In this document: one piece after another, positions 1-10,631 of the stretch
How positions within the stretch are numbered: the first letter of the stretch is position 1
Layout of the letters: each line of letters starts with the position of its first letter
Made by a program: the position numbers and the translations under genes
Assembly (NCBI GenBank): GCA_963666305.1
Contig: OY762722.1
Span: forward strand, 3,478,432-3,542,431
DNA from: Candidatus Poribacteria bacterium
GTDB lineage: Bacteria > Poribacteria > WGA-4E > WGA-3G
DNA length: 64,000 nucleotides
Direction of reading: 5' to 3'
Notes under the pieces: generated by a model
What the model saw: the letters and a program-made list of their open reading frames with translations, nothing else
Told to the model about the DNA's origin: nothing
Databases searched by the model: none

Positions 1-516
1 GAACAACTTGGTTCAGCAGACATCATCGTCAATAACGCTGTGATTCAGTATAACTGGACCTCGGTTTTAGAACAGTCCGCTGAGGACTACGAGAGCCAGT
101 TCCAGTCATGCGTTCTGCATAATGTATATATGGCACAAGCCTTTGTCCCTGGAATGATCGAATCAGGATGGGGACGGGTTGTCAGCATTAATACGGAATG
201 TTCAATGCAAAACTTCGCAACTCAAAGTGCCTACACATCGGGAAAGCGAGGTATGGACGGTGTCTTGCGAGTGCTCGCTAAAGAGGTCGGTGCAGACGGT
301 GTCACTGTCAACCAAGTTGCTCCGGGATGGACTGTCAGCGAAAAAAGTGAAGCGAGTGCATCCGACGAACATTATTGGAGTAAGGTGCCGATGCAACGCC
401 GTGGCACTGCCCAAGAGATCGCCAACACCGTGCTTTTTCTTGCATCAGATCTCGCGAGTTACATCACGGGTGCGTATATCCCGGTGTGCGGTGGGAATGT
501 AATGCCCACAATTTGA
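1..516 (+). CDS. Short-chain dehydrogenase/reductase (SDR) family oxidoreductase, 5'-truncated at window edge
   Basis: The frame is open from nt 1 (EQLGSADIIVNNAVIQ..., an NNAG-like motif). C-terminal SDR hallmarks are VNQVAPGWT and ASYITGAYIPVCGG. Only the C-terminal ~170 aa lie inside the window. Confidence 0.8.
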   Translation, partial: EQLGSADIIVNNAVIQYNWTSVLEQSAEDYESQFQSCVLHNVYMAQAFVPGMIESGWGRVVSINTECSMQNFATQSAYTSGKRGMDGVLRVLAKEVGADGVTVNQVAPGWTVSEKSEASASDEHYWSKVPMQRRGTAQEIANTVLFLASDLASYITGAYIPVCGGNVMPTI

Positions 517-528
517 GGAATTTATTCC

Positions 529-924
529 ATGGAATTAAAAGTTTGCGCCCTCGGAATTTTGTTCAGGAATAAAGAAATTCTGTTGGGTAAGAGGGCTAAA
601 CACCGAACTTCTTATCCGAATGTTTGGGATATGATCGGTGGACACTGCGAAAATGGTGAAACACTGACACAGACACTCATCAGAGAATTGCAGGAAGAAA
701 TCGGTGTTATACCAATCCGGTTTCAACACATCGCGACACTATTTGATTCCAACAACGACCACACTTACCATGTATTTGTCGTAACGGATTGGAAAGGCGA
801 ACCGGATTGCTTACAACCGGAAGAGCACTCAATTATCGGATGGTTTGAAATCATTGAGGCGTTAAAATTGGAGCTTGCCTTACCTGTATATCGCGATTTA
901 TTCGTCAGTCTTGAAGACCGCTAA
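529..924 (+). CDS. NUDIX hydrolase
   Basis: The Nudix box GGHCENGETLTQTLIRELQEEIGV matches GX5EX7REUXEEXGU. Size is 131 aa. Confidence 0.85.
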   Translation: MELKVCALGILFRNKEILLGKRAKHRTSYPNVWDMIGGHCENGETLTQTLIRELQEEIGVIPIRFQHIATLFDSNNDHTYHVFVVTDWKGEPDCLQPEEHSIIGWFEIIEALKLELALPVYRDLFVSLEDR

Positions 925-963
925 TCAATTGCATATTTTACTGTAGAATCAATCGAGGGAAAT

Positions 964-1800
964 ATGAAACGACATAAACTCCAGTACGAAGTACTGAATG
1001 ACCACAGTCCAGGGGCAGAATCCGGGGGACACTGGGAAATTGAAGTGCATGCTGACCCCAAAGAATTGCAGACGTTCGCCGCAACGGGTTATCTCGTTCG
1101 TGAAGGACTCTTTCAGGGACATGCACTCCAGAAATTGACGGATGCTCTCGATCGTTTGGAGGAACGTGAATGGGAAAAACGAGACAGTGCGATGGCTGGT
1201 AAACGGGGGTGGGGCTTCATTCCGCGGCACTTGATGGATAAAGATGAAGTATTCTTAGAACTCCTGAAATTTCAACCGACTTTATCAATTGCCCGTGCGA
1301 TGATGGGACCGCTTGTGCGGTTGCGGGGTTTGAGTGCGCGCATCAGTTATCCGGGTGAAGATCGAGAGCAGCAAACACCGTGGCATCAACACATGCGTGT
1401 GATCTCGAATCCGATTCCACCGTGGTTCTCACGTCCACACTGCATCGATTGCCTCATCTATCTTGATGATTTGAACGAGGATACCGGTGCAGTCGCTATT
1501 GTCCCAGGATCACATAACTGGTTAGACAAGGCGACGCCGAATGTCTATGGACCTGTGGAAGGAGAGATTGAACTACATGTGAAAGCCGGGGGCGGCGTAC
1601 TGATCCACGGTAATCTCTGGCATCGTGGTTTACCAACGCTCAACGCCAAGCGGAGAATGTTAATCTTAAGTTATACGCCCACCTGGCTACGGAAGTCGCC
1701 ACACGGCGGGGCACAACCCGAAGATGGGTTAACCCACACCTTTCTTGAAGATGCAGATCGGGAAGAACGGATGCTGTTAGGTGTGGGTGGATATTCCTAA
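964..1800 (+). CDS. Phytanoyl-CoA dioxygenase (PhyH) family Fe(II)/2-oxoglutarate oxygenase
   Basis: PhyH-like motifs are present: WHQHMRV, DCLIYLDDLNEDTGAVAIVPGSHNW and NLWHRG (an HxD...H facial triad arrangement). Confidence 0.75.
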   Translation: MKRHKLQYEVLNDHSPGAESGGHWEIEVHADPKELQTFAATGYLVREGLFQGHALQKLTDALDRLEEREWEKRDSAMAGKRGWGFIPRHLMDKDEVFLELLKFQPTLSIARAMMGPLVRLRGLSARISYPGEDREQQTPWHQHMRVISNPIPPWFSRPHCIDCLIYLDDLNEDTGAVAIVPGSHNWLDKATPNVYGPVEGEIELHVKAGGGVLIHGNLWHRGLPTLNAKRRMLILSYTPTWLRKSPHGGAQPEDGLTHTFLEDADREERMLLGVGGYS

Positions 1801-1820
1801 ACCGCAGGAGAAATTATCGA

Positions 1821-2570
1821 ATGAAATATTGTTTGTCTTTAATCGTTGTTCTCTCTACTTTCGCAGTATGTTTGCCTATTTCTGCTCAACACCCGGATGC
1901 TGTTGGAATTTGGCTTTTCGATGAAGGGGCTGGTGATGAAGCTTCTGATAGTTCTGGACATGAGCACACTGCTAAAATTGCTGCTGGAAAATTGGAATGG
2001 GACGATGGTAAAATCGGAAAGGCGGTCGGTTTTAAGCCCGGAACTTATCTTGAAGTCGAACATACAGACACGTTGAATCTCAAAACGTTCACAGTCGCCG
2101 CGTGGGTTAAATTCCGCAATGACACAGGCGGTGGTGAGCAGAACATCGCTTACAAACAGGTAGGGAATGACCGAGCAACCCGAAACTATACTTTAAAAAT
2201 GTGGGGCGGAAAAATCTACGGTATCTTTGCCAGTGACGGTAACACAGATGCCGTTGAATTGGAAAGTGCCACCAATGTCGTTGATGAGAAATGGCATCAC
2301 GTGACATTAACCTATGACAAAAAAGCCCTGAAGTTATATGTGAATGGTAAAGAGGAAGGTTCCGGGGATTTCACGAAAGATCCCGAAACAAATGACGCAC
2401 CGCTTCGCATCGGTAACGGCATTGATGGGCTTATTGATGAACTTCAGATTTTGAGCGTCGCTCTCTCTGTAGACGACATCAAAAGCGATATGAATAATGG
2501 GATACAGCTCGCAGTCAAAGCAAATGGGAAAGCAGCAACAATGTGGGGATACCTGAAAACTCAATGGTAA
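1821..2570 (+). CDS. Secreted LamG/concanavalin-A-like jelly-roll domain protein
   Basis: An N-terminal signal peptide is present (MKYCLSLIVVLSTFAVCLPISAQ). The LamG-type core is EKWHHVTLTYDKKALKLYVNGKEEG...LIDELQIL. It is a paralog of 5500..6321. Confidence 0.55.
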   Translation: MKYCLSLIVVLSTFAVCLPISAQHPDAVGIWLFDEGAGDEASDSSGHEHTAKIAAGKLEWDDGKIGKAVGFKPGTYLEVEHTDTLNLKTFTVAAWVKFRNDTGGGEQNIAYKQVGNDRATRNYTLKMWGGKIYGIFASDGNTDAVELESATNVVDEKWHHVTLTYDKKALKLYVNGKEEGSGDFTKDPETNDAPLRIGNGIDGLIDELQILSVALSVDDIKSDMNNGIQLAVKANGKAATMWGYLKTQW

Positions 2571-2597
2571 GGAACCACACGACGTGGTGAGAAAGAT

Positions 2598-3110
2598 ATG
2601 GAACCCGTCATTAGAAAAGCAATCCCAGATGACGCAAAAGCCGTTGCAGCGGTGATTAACTCAGTCATTTTGGAAGGGCAATACACCGCATTAACCAACC
2701 CATTCACAGAGGAAGAGGAACGCGCCTTCATCACCGGACTCTGCGATCGAAGTGCCCTGTTCGTCGCCGAGGTAGATAGCGAGATTGTTGGGATCCAGGT
2801 CATTGAGCCAGATGCCTTAGCACACTACACAGATTCGATGCAGCATGTCGCAACGATTGGCACGTGGATACAGACGAGTTTTCGCGGGCGGAAGATTGGA
2901 CAGTTACTGGCTGAGGTATCTTTCAGGTTTGGACGCGCGAAAAACTTCAGAAAGATCGCTATTCAAGTGATAGCAGACAACACGCGAGCCCTTCGGTTTT
3001 ATGGCAATCTTGGCTTTCAAAAAATTGGGACCGCCAAAAAACATGCGAAACTTGCAGGTGGTTTCCGTGATGTGATCTATCTGGAAAAATTCCTGACAGA
3101 TGACTCCTAA
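2598..3110 (+). CDS. GNAT family N-acetyltransferase
   Basis: The GNAT acetyl-CoA binding motif is RGRKIGQLLAEV...ALRFYGNLGFQKIG. Size is 170 aa. The gene overlaps the downstream gene by 11 nt, which suggests an operon. Confidence 0.75.
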   Translation: MEPVIRKAIPDDAKAVAAVINSVILEGQYTALTNPFTEEEERAFITGLCDRSALFVAEVDSEIVGIQVIEPDALAHYTDSMQHVATIGTWIQTSFRGRKIGQLLAEVSFRFGRAKNFRKIAIQVIADNTRALRFYGNLGFQKIGTAKKHAKLAGGFRDVIYLEKFLTDDS

Positions 3111-5061
3111 ACGCGGCGTAACCCTTCGAGCGGTGCTGATAGGCTTGGTGTTTATTCCTCTCAACGCCTATCTCGTTGTGCAATTAGAAACAGTGTGGGG
3201 TATCGGCGATCCCACGACAATGACGATATTCTTCAATGCTGTTTTCTGCTTCTTTCTCGTCATCTCCCTGAATCTTTTATTTCTCCGATGGATACCCAAA
3301 AATGCATTAAATCAAGGTGAGTTGCTGACAATTTACAGCATTTTGATGGTGTCTATATCGGTGAGCGGACAGGATTTCACGCATACTATTTTTGGCACCT
3401 TGGGCAACGCCCGATGGTTCGCGACACCTGAAAACGAATGGGCGACTTTGTTCCTAAGCTACCTTCCACAGTGGCTTGAACCTTCTGAAAAAGCATTGGA
3501 AGGCTATTTTTCGGGGGAGTCTTCATTCTATACGTCAAGAAACATCAAAGGATGGATTCAACCGTTAGTGTGGTGGACGCTCTTCCTAACGGTCCTGTGC
3601 TTTGTGATGATTTGCATCAATAGCATCATCCGCCGGCAATGGGTAGAACAGGAAAGATTGACATACCCATTAGTCTACTTACCCTTTGAAATGACGCAGG
3701 CGTACTTTTTCAAAAATCGGCTCTTATGGCTCGGTTTCGGCATCGCTGGAGCAATCAATCTTCTCAACGGTCTAAATGCACTCGTCCCCATTCTCCCTGA
3801 AATTCCGCTCTCCTATAATCTCGCGACACATTTTATAGAACGCCCTTGGAATAGCATTCGAGGCTGGCCCGGTATGCCTGTTCAAGCGAATCCTTTTATT
3901 ATCGGGCTTACCTTTCTAATTCCTCTTGGGCTGCTCTTTTCCTGCTGGTTTTTCTATTTTATATGGAAGTTACAGTACATCGTTGGCAGTATGGTTGGTG
4001 TTAACGTTCCACACTATCCGTTTGCAGATCAGCAGGTATTAGGCGGGTATTTAGGAATCGTTGTTGTAACAGTGTGGCTCGCGAGAAAGCATCTGTGGCG
4101 TGTCCTGAAAGGGGTGATAAACCCAACATCAGCCTCTGACGATGTCACCGAACCGATGCGATATCGGACAGCAGTCTGCGGAACACTGTTAGGCATCGCC
4201 TTCTTAATCGGTTTCTGCTATCAAGCTGGAATGTCCTTGAGTTTTGCCTTCGCATTTTTCGGCATTTACTATCTTATCCTGTTCGGATTTACGCGGATGC
4301 GGGCTGAGCTTGGTCCCCTTATGCATGGTATCCATTACTTCGGTCCTTTCCAACTCATTGTAGCAACAATTGGAAGTCATCGTATCTCCCCACAGACGCT
4401 AACTGTCGCAGCACCGTATTGGACACACACGAAAGAATTCCTAAACAAGCCGATGCCAGCCTATTTGGAAAGCTTCAAACTGGCGGAGCGAGCGAACGTT
4501 AACGCTGGCAACGTTGCGATAGATACGCGTAGACTCTGGAAGGTATGCCTGTTGGCAACGTTTCTATCAATTGCTGTAACACTCTGGGCATTCCTTGAAC
4601 TCGGCTACAAATGGGGCGGACCCGGGGCGTGGCGGGGAAACCTTGCTTACAACGCTATTGCGCGAGTGCTGAAACAACCGACAGATCCAGATTTCGCACA
4701 ACTCGGTGCGACAGGCTTTGGTATAGTATTCATCCTTGTTGGGACTGCCTTGCGGTTAAGATTTCTCTGGTGGTCCCTCTATCCACTTGCCTACCCACTC
4801 GCTGGCTATTACTATTTCAACTATCTCTGGTTTCCGTTTCTCGTCTGTTGGTTGGTAAAGTGGATAACTCTAAAATACGGCGGAATTCATGGGTATCGTA
4901 GAGCGGTGCCACTATTTCTCGGACTGGTTCTTGGAGACTTTGTTTTAGGATGTATATGGACAATCCTTGGCTTATTGACAGGTGAAGCGACGTATATGTT
5001 CCAAGAATTGGTTATATTTCCCCAGAACTTGTCAGTAGCAACCGAATATGCTTTGTCTTGA
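3100..5061 (+). CDS. Polytopic integral membrane protein of unknown function (>=12 predicted TM segments, aromatic-rich)
   Basis: A long ORF with many hydrophobic stretches (e.g. LIGLVFIPLNAYLVVQL, FFLVISLNLLFL, LFLTVLCFVMICI). No family motif was recognised. Confidence 0.6.
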   Translation: MTPKRGVTLRAVLIGLVFIPLNAYLVVQLETVWGIGDPTTMTIFFNAVFCFFLVISLNLLFLRWIPKNALNQGELLTIYSILMVSISVSGQDFTHTIFGTLGNARWFATPENEWATLFLSYLPQWLEPSEKALEGYFSGESSFYTSRNIKGWIQPLVWWTLFLTVLCFVMICINSIIRRQWVEQERLTYPLVYLPFEMTQAYFFKNRLLWLGFGIAGAINLLNGLNALVPILPEIPLSYNLATHFIERPWNSIRGWPGMPVQANPFIIGLTFLIPLGLLFSCWFFYFIWKLQYIVGSMVGVNVPHYPFADQQVLGGYLGIVVVTVWLARKHLWRVLKGVINPTSASDDVTEPMRYRTAVCGTLLGIAFLIGFCYQAGMSLSFAFAFFGIYYLILFGFTRMRAELGPLMHGIHYFGPFQLIVATIGSHRISPQTLTVAAPYWTHTKEFLNKPMPAYLESFKLAERANVNAGNVAIDTRRLWKVCLLATFLSIAVTLWAFLELGYKWGGPGAWRGNLAYNAIARVLKQPTDPDFAQLGATGFGIVFILVGTALRLRFLWWSLYPLAYPLAGYYYFNYLWFPFLVCWLVKWITLKYGGIHGYRRAVPLFLGLVLGDFVLGCIWTILGLLTGEATYMFQELVIFPQNLSVATEYALS

Positions 5062-5499
5062 AACAGGAGATTGAATCCACGGGTTTTGATGGTGTGGATA
5101 AAGAAAGAAAAAATTGTTGTTTTTTTATATTCTTTATTATATATTGCAATCAGCGGATGTTGACCGCTTGAGATTAAACGGACATCTCAATTGTATAGTG
5201 TCGTACAATGTCAGTACATGAGAACACCTTTTAGCGATTTGATCTGTGGCAGGATAGAAACACTATAAAGGTATTCCCATGACTTTGAAAGCAAACTCAA
5301 GGTGTTTATACCGTTTTAGGAGCAACTTTGGTTATTGCAACCGTAACTCGGTGTATCCCCAATGAGCCATTCTTATATCGCTTTCGTTGATTTAGTCAAA
5401 TCTATTCGGAAAAAGTTCGCCTTTCCCGTCTTTTGAAATATGAACAGCTTTAACAGCGTACCCTGAGACGTATGCCTCTTATTACAGAAGGAGACCCCA

Positions 5500-6321
5500 A
5501 TGAAAACTACTCTTACGTTCAGATTAGTGATGTCAGTGTTATTTTTAATGGGACCGGTGCTGATGACCGATGCCCAAGTGGTCAAAGAGGATGAGCTCAT
5601 CATCTACTACAGTTTCAACAAAGACACCCTCAAGGGTGATGATGTCGTCGATGTATCCGGTAATAAAAATGACGGACTTATCAAAGGCGGCAATATCAAA
5701 TCGGTGGCAGGCAAGGTTGGAGAAGGAATGGAGTTTCCCGGGGTGAGTTCAGATTACATTTCAGTTCGGGAACACCAGTACGCTGATCCGATTGAAGAGA
5801 TTACCCTCGCCGCATGGGTTAAAACGGGACAGAGAGGCATGATTGCGTCATGGGACCGGAGCGAATTCTTCCGTTTTGCTGTCGGCGATGACGTAGGTGG
5901 AAACAACGGCACAACTTTTGTTGCTTTTGACACCTGTTGTCCGTGCTGCCATGACTGGTTCGGTAAAACGGATGTTGCGGATGAGAAATGGCACCACCTT
6001 GTCGCAACATCTGATGGTAAGGAACATCGGATATACGTTGATGGCAAATTGGATGAGAAGGTAGATGCCCCCGCTAAAGTCATTGGTGCAGGGCAGGCGC
6101 GGTTCGGATTCATCGGGATTGGCTCAGAAGCCGCCGCCTTTGACGCAGCTACGGGACCGACATGGGCGTATGGCGGAATTCTGGACGAGTTTATGTTGTT
6201 CCACCGTTCACTTTCTGAGAAAGAGATTGAACACCTTGCCAACGGACCTGAGAACCCGTTTGCGGTCGATCCGAACGGCAAAATGAGTACAACTTGGGGC
6301 GACATTAAAGACATCCAGTAG
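5500..6321 (+). CDS. Secreted LamG/concanavalin-A-like jelly-roll domain protein (paralog of 1821..2570)
   Basis: A signal peptide is present (MKTTLTFRLVMSVLFLMGPVLMTDAQ). It shares the motifs EKWHHLVATSDGKEHRIYVDGK and ILDEFMLF with the 1821..2570 protein. Confidence 0.55.
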   Translation: MKTTLTFRLVMSVLFLMGPVLMTDAQVVKEDELIIYYSFNKDTLKGDDVVDVSGNKNDGLIKGGNIKSVAGKVGEGMEFPGVSSDYISVREHQYADPIEEITLAAWVKTGQRGMIASWDRSEFFRFAVGDDVGGNNGTTFVAFDTCCPCCHDWFGKTDVADEKWHHLVATSDGKEHRIYVDGKLDEKVDAPAKVIGAGQARFGFIGIGSEAAAFDAATGPTWAYGGILDEFMLFHRSLSEKEIEHLANGPENPFAVDPNGKMSTTWGDIKDIQ

Positions 6322-6328
6322 TAAAGTA

Positions 6329-6360
6329 AAAGGGCGGTGACATAAAACCGCCCTTCTTTC
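6329..6360. terminator. Bidirectional rho-independent terminator between convergent genes
   Basis: A GC stem AAGGGCGGT / ACCGCCCTT with loop GACATAAA is followed by CTTTC. It lies between the ends of 5500..6321(+) and 6380..7153(-). Confidence 0.6.
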
Positions 6361-6379
6361 AGATTCTCGATCAGTGGCT

Positions 6380-7153
6380 TTAGGCATCAGATGCTGTTAT
6401 TGCTTCCTGAACGCCGGGCCATTCATTCCAAATATTGGTGTAGGCATCATAACCGTTTTTCTCACAATCAACGTGACGTAGGCGAAAAATAACAGCGTAG
6501 CGAATATCAGCCGCCGCGTTGGGTGCCGCCGTGTGAACGATCTGGTGGTGTGTCAGGATTACATCCCCCGCTTTACCAACTATCTGCGTTGGTCCTTCAG
6601 GTAGTTCCGATTTCGGCATCCCGTTTGCCAACATCTCATGTCCTTCCTTTTTGAAATAGTCAGCGAAGAAACTATGCGATTTGGGCCAAACAGTGAAGTT
6701 TCCGCTATACGGTTCCGGCACATCCGCGAGATAAATCACAGCGAGTGCAGTAAATCCACGTCGATAAACTCCTTTTGCCATGCCATTCTTACCGCTCCCT
6801 AACCCATCAAGGTGTCCGTGTGGTTCATTGGGATCCACGTGCAACGGACCCGGAAAACGCAATGCGATCTGTCCTGAGTTCGGAATTTGAACGTTCCCTT
6901 CACCCATCAATGATTCTGAAAGTCGGAGTACAGGCGTTTTACTGAAGAGATCGACGATCTCAGAGGCTTCACGAATTTCGCCGCAGTAGGATTGCGCACG
7001 GTAGCGTTCTAAGTCCCCTTCGTTCATACCAACAGCACCTATAGAGTGATTAATTGCCTGCCGTGCCGCGTCCACCATCAGTTGCGGTACAACCCCGGGG
7101 ACAGAGATATAGCCGTTTCTATAAAACTCTAACTTCTGTTTATGACTGAGCAT
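6380..7153 (-). CDS. Phytanoyl-CoA dioxygenase (PhyH) family oxygenase
   Basis: PhyH-like motifs are present: LHVDPNEPHGHLDG, VILTHHQIVHTAAPN and YAVIFRL. This is the second of three PhyH paralogs in the window. Confidence 0.7.
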   Translation of the reverse strand: MLSHKQKLEFYRNGYISVPGVVPQLMVDAARQAINHSIGAVGMNEGDLERYRAQSYCGEIREASEIVDLFSKTPVLRLSESLMGEGNVQIPNSGQIALRFPGPLHVDPNEPHGHLDGLGSGKNGMAKGVYRRGFTALAVIYLADVPEPYSGNFTVWPKSHSFFADYFKKEGHEMLANGMPKSELPEGPTQIVGKAGDVILTHHQIVHTAAPNAAADIRYAVIFRLRHVDCEKNGYDAYTNIWNEWPGVQEAITASDA

Positions 7154-7283
7154 ATATGCTTCTCCATTTTGCGAGCATTAAAGCGTTTTACCCACTAAAA
7201 GTTTATCATAAATCAATTATAACATGTCCAAACCTGATTACCAAAAGGTTTTTGAATATCAGTGTGCCTGTAGTTTTGAAGAA

Positions 7284-8012
7284 TTAATGTGTGAGTGCAT
7301 AGACCACCGCATTGATACCGATCTGCAATGCGGCATTTGAATACTCTCGCGGATAGAAATCCTCAGCGGCATGCTCCCATGCGTCTCCGAGGTCGGTATT
7401 GAAGTTGATCATCATCATAAGCCTGCCATTGTCGTCATAGACACCGCGACAGTATGCAGGATAACCATCGTATCTTTCATACGTGCGTCCACTAAAAAGC
7501 GAGCGAAGCCCAGGAATCTGGACGAGTTTTTCGATTTTGAAGAAGCATTGGAAAATCGGATGAGATATTGGGATATCCACCGGCTCTCGTTCTGGGAAAA
7601 TCTTCTTGAATTCCGTGTAAAACCGTTCCCATTCGCGTTCGCCGTGGAAATCGTCAACGAAGATAAAACCGCCGCGTAAGAGATATTCACGTAGGTTCTC
7701 TGCTTCTCTTCGGTTCAACCTGAGACTGCCGACCTCCAACATGTAGGAAAACGGATATTCAAAGAGTTCCGTCGCACCAACTTCAATAATCTTTTCACGG
7801 GGATCTGCATCAATGTTCGTCTGTTTGCGGAGTTGCCAGATAAAGTTCCGGTCGGAGGCGGGCCAATCCACTTGCCAACTGCTGCGTCTCGTAAGTTGAC
7901 CGCCATACTGTAGACGGACGAATGTGAATCGGTCCGAATCACATTCCGAATTCGGCAGGATAACAGATACGGACATCACGATGAAAGTAGCCAACAACTG
8001 GATGGTTCGCAT
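7284..8012 (-). CDS. Secreted DUF4159-like protein (copy B)
   Basis: A signal peptide is present. The conserved block is FTFVRLQYGG...DWPASDRNF...LREYLLRGGFIFVDDFHG...MMMINFNTDLGDAWEH. The DUF4159 assignment is from memory of the family consensus. It is a paralog of 13217..13999. Confidence 0.5.
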   Translation of the reverse strand: MRTIQLLATFIVMSVSVILPNSECDSDRFTFVRLQYGGQLTRRSSWQVDWPASDRNFIWQLRKQTNIDADPREKIIEVGATELFEYPFSYMLEVGSLRLNRREAENLREYLLRGGFIFVDDFHGEREWERFYTEFKKIFPEREPVDIPISHPIFQCFFKIEKLVQIPGLRSLFSGRTYERYDGYPAYCRGVYDDNGRLMMMINFNTDLGDAWEHAAEDFYPREYSNAALQIGINAVVYALTH

Positions 8013-8163
8013 ATTTTTCCGGTTTGAAGGTAGGTTTCAACATCTGGGTAATATTTATTCCTGAATTCCTGACTTAGAGTGTAACATATGGAGGGAATTA
8101 AATCCACTCTTAAACCAGATTCGGATGTCCAAGGGCAGGTTCAAATGAAAGTAAGGATTTAGA

Positions 8164-10620
8164 CTAAAAACTTTTGGACCAAACCGTCGTAACTTGGATA
8201 CCTGTGCCAGATTCAAAGGCTTTTGCGACGTTAACTCTGAAAACAGAATCATCTCTTCCAGAATGTATACCCGGAACGTTGACGACAACAGAATTATCCT
8301 CTCCAAACTGTAGACCGATGCCGATATTTCCTTTAGGATCGAAGGTATATGCTGGACCAGATACATTCCAGACTTGTCCTTCATCAAAGAAGACAATAGC
8401 AAAAGCGTTTTTGAAAATACCCCAATCGAACAGATTGGATAAACGGTAGTGATATTCGACATTGAGTAGAAATCCCCGGTCTCCTGCAAACGTGTATGGA
8501 GAAGACGTATGTCCACTTTTGTAAGTTATTGGACCTTCAGATTCACTTTCCTGTCTATACCAAGGATACCCCCTGAGGCCTGCCATTCCACCAATGATAA
8601 ATTGGCGTTGAATTGGCAAAGTCGAGTTGGAAAACCCAAACAGAAGCCGAGTACGAACTCGGTTATTCTTTAAACGGAATGCATACCGAAAGTGCCATTG
8701 TAAACGTGTGAAATCAAAATCGGAGCCTACGGCGGCATTACTATGTTCAATGGAAAACGTGTTGTGCCAACCCACGGAACTCGTTATATTATTCAAATCG
8801 TATTGGAAGGTGAGACTCCGCATTTTGCCGGGGATTATTGATGGGTTTTCTCTTACGCGTAGCCTCGAGCCCCAATTGGCGACAAACCAATCTGTGCTTT
8901 TCTGCAGACTCGCATGTGATTCAGCAACCATTGCCAATTTGAAGAAATGGGATGGCATAATCGGTGACCACTGCAATGCGATCTCGGCACCTTGCCGCAG
9001 ATAGTAATTTTGAAAATCTGGTGTCCCAACGATACGTTGAAAAATGGGTAGTGGATTGTTGTAATTCGGAAAAAGTTCAGGAGCAACGACATCTGTCAAA
9101 CGGTGAATTTGTGCTGTGAGTCCGAGATTCCAAATGTAAGGTTTCCCCCAATTCGCTATGCCACCCATCCGGTAATGGACATGTGGGTTACCGAACGCAT
9201 AACTCGCCTTCCCAAAGAACTTTGAAGTTTGATCGCTCGATGAATCTCTGATGTTCCACGTCCAAAGGGGTCCGACATCCTTTCGTTTGCCGAGTTCAAA
9301 ACCAGTGCCGATTTCCCACCCCGTCACTCGATTAAATCCGAGGCGTAGCGGCGGATTGAGACCAAGATACGCATTCGTAGAAAGCGGTTTCTCATCAACA
9401 GTAATCGTCGCGACGTATTTTGAATTCTCCTCAGCTACCTGTAGGTTTAACTCGTCAAAGTAGGGCATCGCTTTATAGAGTGTTTTGAGTGCTTGTTCAA
9501 GGTCTTCAGAACCGTTTTCAAGTGCCTGTTGAATCTGTGCTTCCGATATCTTCTCATTTCCTTGAATGCGTATTTCGTGGATCGGGACTTCCCCTGCCAG
9601 AAATCGTGTGCCTACGGCTGAAAGTTGAGCATCTAATTCCTGTAAAACCAACTTGCCTGCTGTTGATTTGTGGACCTTGTTAGCCTGAGAACCAGAGATT
9701 TTCAAAGATTTTAGGACTGACAGGGTTCGCGTAATCGGCAGATCCGTCACAGTAATTATCGCAGTGTGCTTGGCATTCACTTCTTCAACGCGTAAAGATG
9801 CCTTTTTAGAATTATTGAGGAGCACGCTTGTAAGAATAGGCATGACTTCAGCAATGTCGCCAGATCCACTTTCGAGGACTTGCACAATGTTGGCACTTAC
9901 AATTTCGTCTACACCTTGGATTTGAATATCGTGAATTTGCTCACCATCAAAAATCCAATCCCATGACTCTGCCTGTTCTTGTATGTCTTGTAACGATGGG
10001 GATACCTCTTCAAGAGTATGGGTTGTAACAGGAGGTGTTGGCTCGACAACTTCAGGCGTTGAGGGCGGCGGAGGGGGTGCGATTTCCAGATCGCGAGGTT
10101 TAAGCGATGTCAGTTCAGAAATCTCAATACCGAGTTGATTGAGATTGAGTAGCAATTCACCAAGCTGTTTTTTCGGGATTTCGCCAACGATATTTATGAG
10201 ATACACATCGTCGTCACTTTTAACAATAACGAAGACCCCTTTGATAGTCTCATTTACTTGAAGGGTGTAGAGATGTAAATTGTCGTTTTCGAGATTGTCT
10301 TGAAAAGAGTGTCCTAATGTATTCCAGCCGCGCACCTTCAGGGTTTCTCCATAATATTGAACAACTTCCTTAAGATTGACAGACCGACTTCGATAACTGC
10401 GGAGATGTAAGTTGTCTATAGTGTTAAACAGCGGCACAATATTGGAAGTCGGTTCCTCCATCACGAGAGCAATGACACGTCTGTCTAAATCAAACTGGAA
10501 TTCAGAGGATGGCAGATTTGGAAAATCGAAGGCGACAGTGCCGTTATTCGACTGTGATTGCCCTGTAGAGGCAATGAGAAACAGGAGTGTTATCATTACT
10601 TTTGTAACAGCATATTTCAT
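8164..10620 (-). CDS. Omp85-superfamily outer-membrane beta-barrel with N-terminal extra domain and two POTRA-like domains (copy B)
   Basis: A signal peptide is present. The POTRA-like repeats are IHDIQIQGVDEIVS... and IHEIRIQGNEKISEAQIQQAL...VATITVDEKP. The Omp85 loop-6 motif is GGMAGLRGYP. The C-terminal ...VTTVWSKSF ends in Phe, a beta-barrel signature. Confidence 0.7.
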   Translation of the reverse strand: MKYAVTKVMITLLFLIASTGQSQSNNGTVAFDFPNLPSSEFQFDLDRRVIALVMEEPTSNIVPLFNTIDNLHLRSYRSRSVNLKEVVQYYGETLKVRGWNTLGHSFQDNLENDNLHLYTLQVNETIKGVFVIVKSDDDVYLINIVGEIPKKQLGELLLNLNQLGIEISELTSLKPRDLEIAPPPPPSTPEVVEPTPPVTTHTLEEVSPSLQDIQEQAESWDWIFDGEQIHDIQIQGVDEIVSANIVQVLESGSGDIAEVMPILTSVLLNNSKKASLRVEEVNAKHTAIITVTDLPITRTLSVLKSLKISGSQANKVHKSTAGKLVLQELDAQLSAVGTRFLAGEVPIHEIRIQGNEKISEAQIQQALENGSEDLEQALKTLYKAMPYFDELNLQVAEENSKYVATITVDEKPLSTNAYLGLNPPLRLGFNRVTGWEIGTGFELGKRKDVGPLWTWNIRDSSSDQTSKFFGKASYAFGNPHVHYRMGGIANWGKPYIWNLGLTAQIHRLTDVVAPELFPNYNNPLPIFQRIVGTPDFQNYYLRQGAEIALQWSPIMPSHFFKLAMVAESHASLQKSTDWFVANWGSRLRVRENPSIIPGKMRSLTFQYDLNNITSSVGWHNTFSIEHSNAAVGSDFDFTRLQWHFRYAFRLKNNRVRTRLLFGFSNSTLPIQRQFIIGGMAGLRGYPWYRQESESEGPITYKSGHTSSPYTFAGDRGFLLNVEYHYRLSNLFDWGIFKNAFAIVFFDEGQVWNVSGPAYTFDPKGNIGIGLQFGEDNSVVVNVPGIHSGRDDSVFRVNVAKAFESGTGIQVTTVWSKSF

Positions 10621-10631
10621 TTAATTCTCCT

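Noticed and set aside
5754-6314. 186-aa minus-strand ORF overlapping the LamG-like gene 5500..6321
   Set aside because: It is fully antisense to a well-supported secreted-protein gene. Its composition is Ser/Pro/Ala-rich in the way typical of shadow ORFs.
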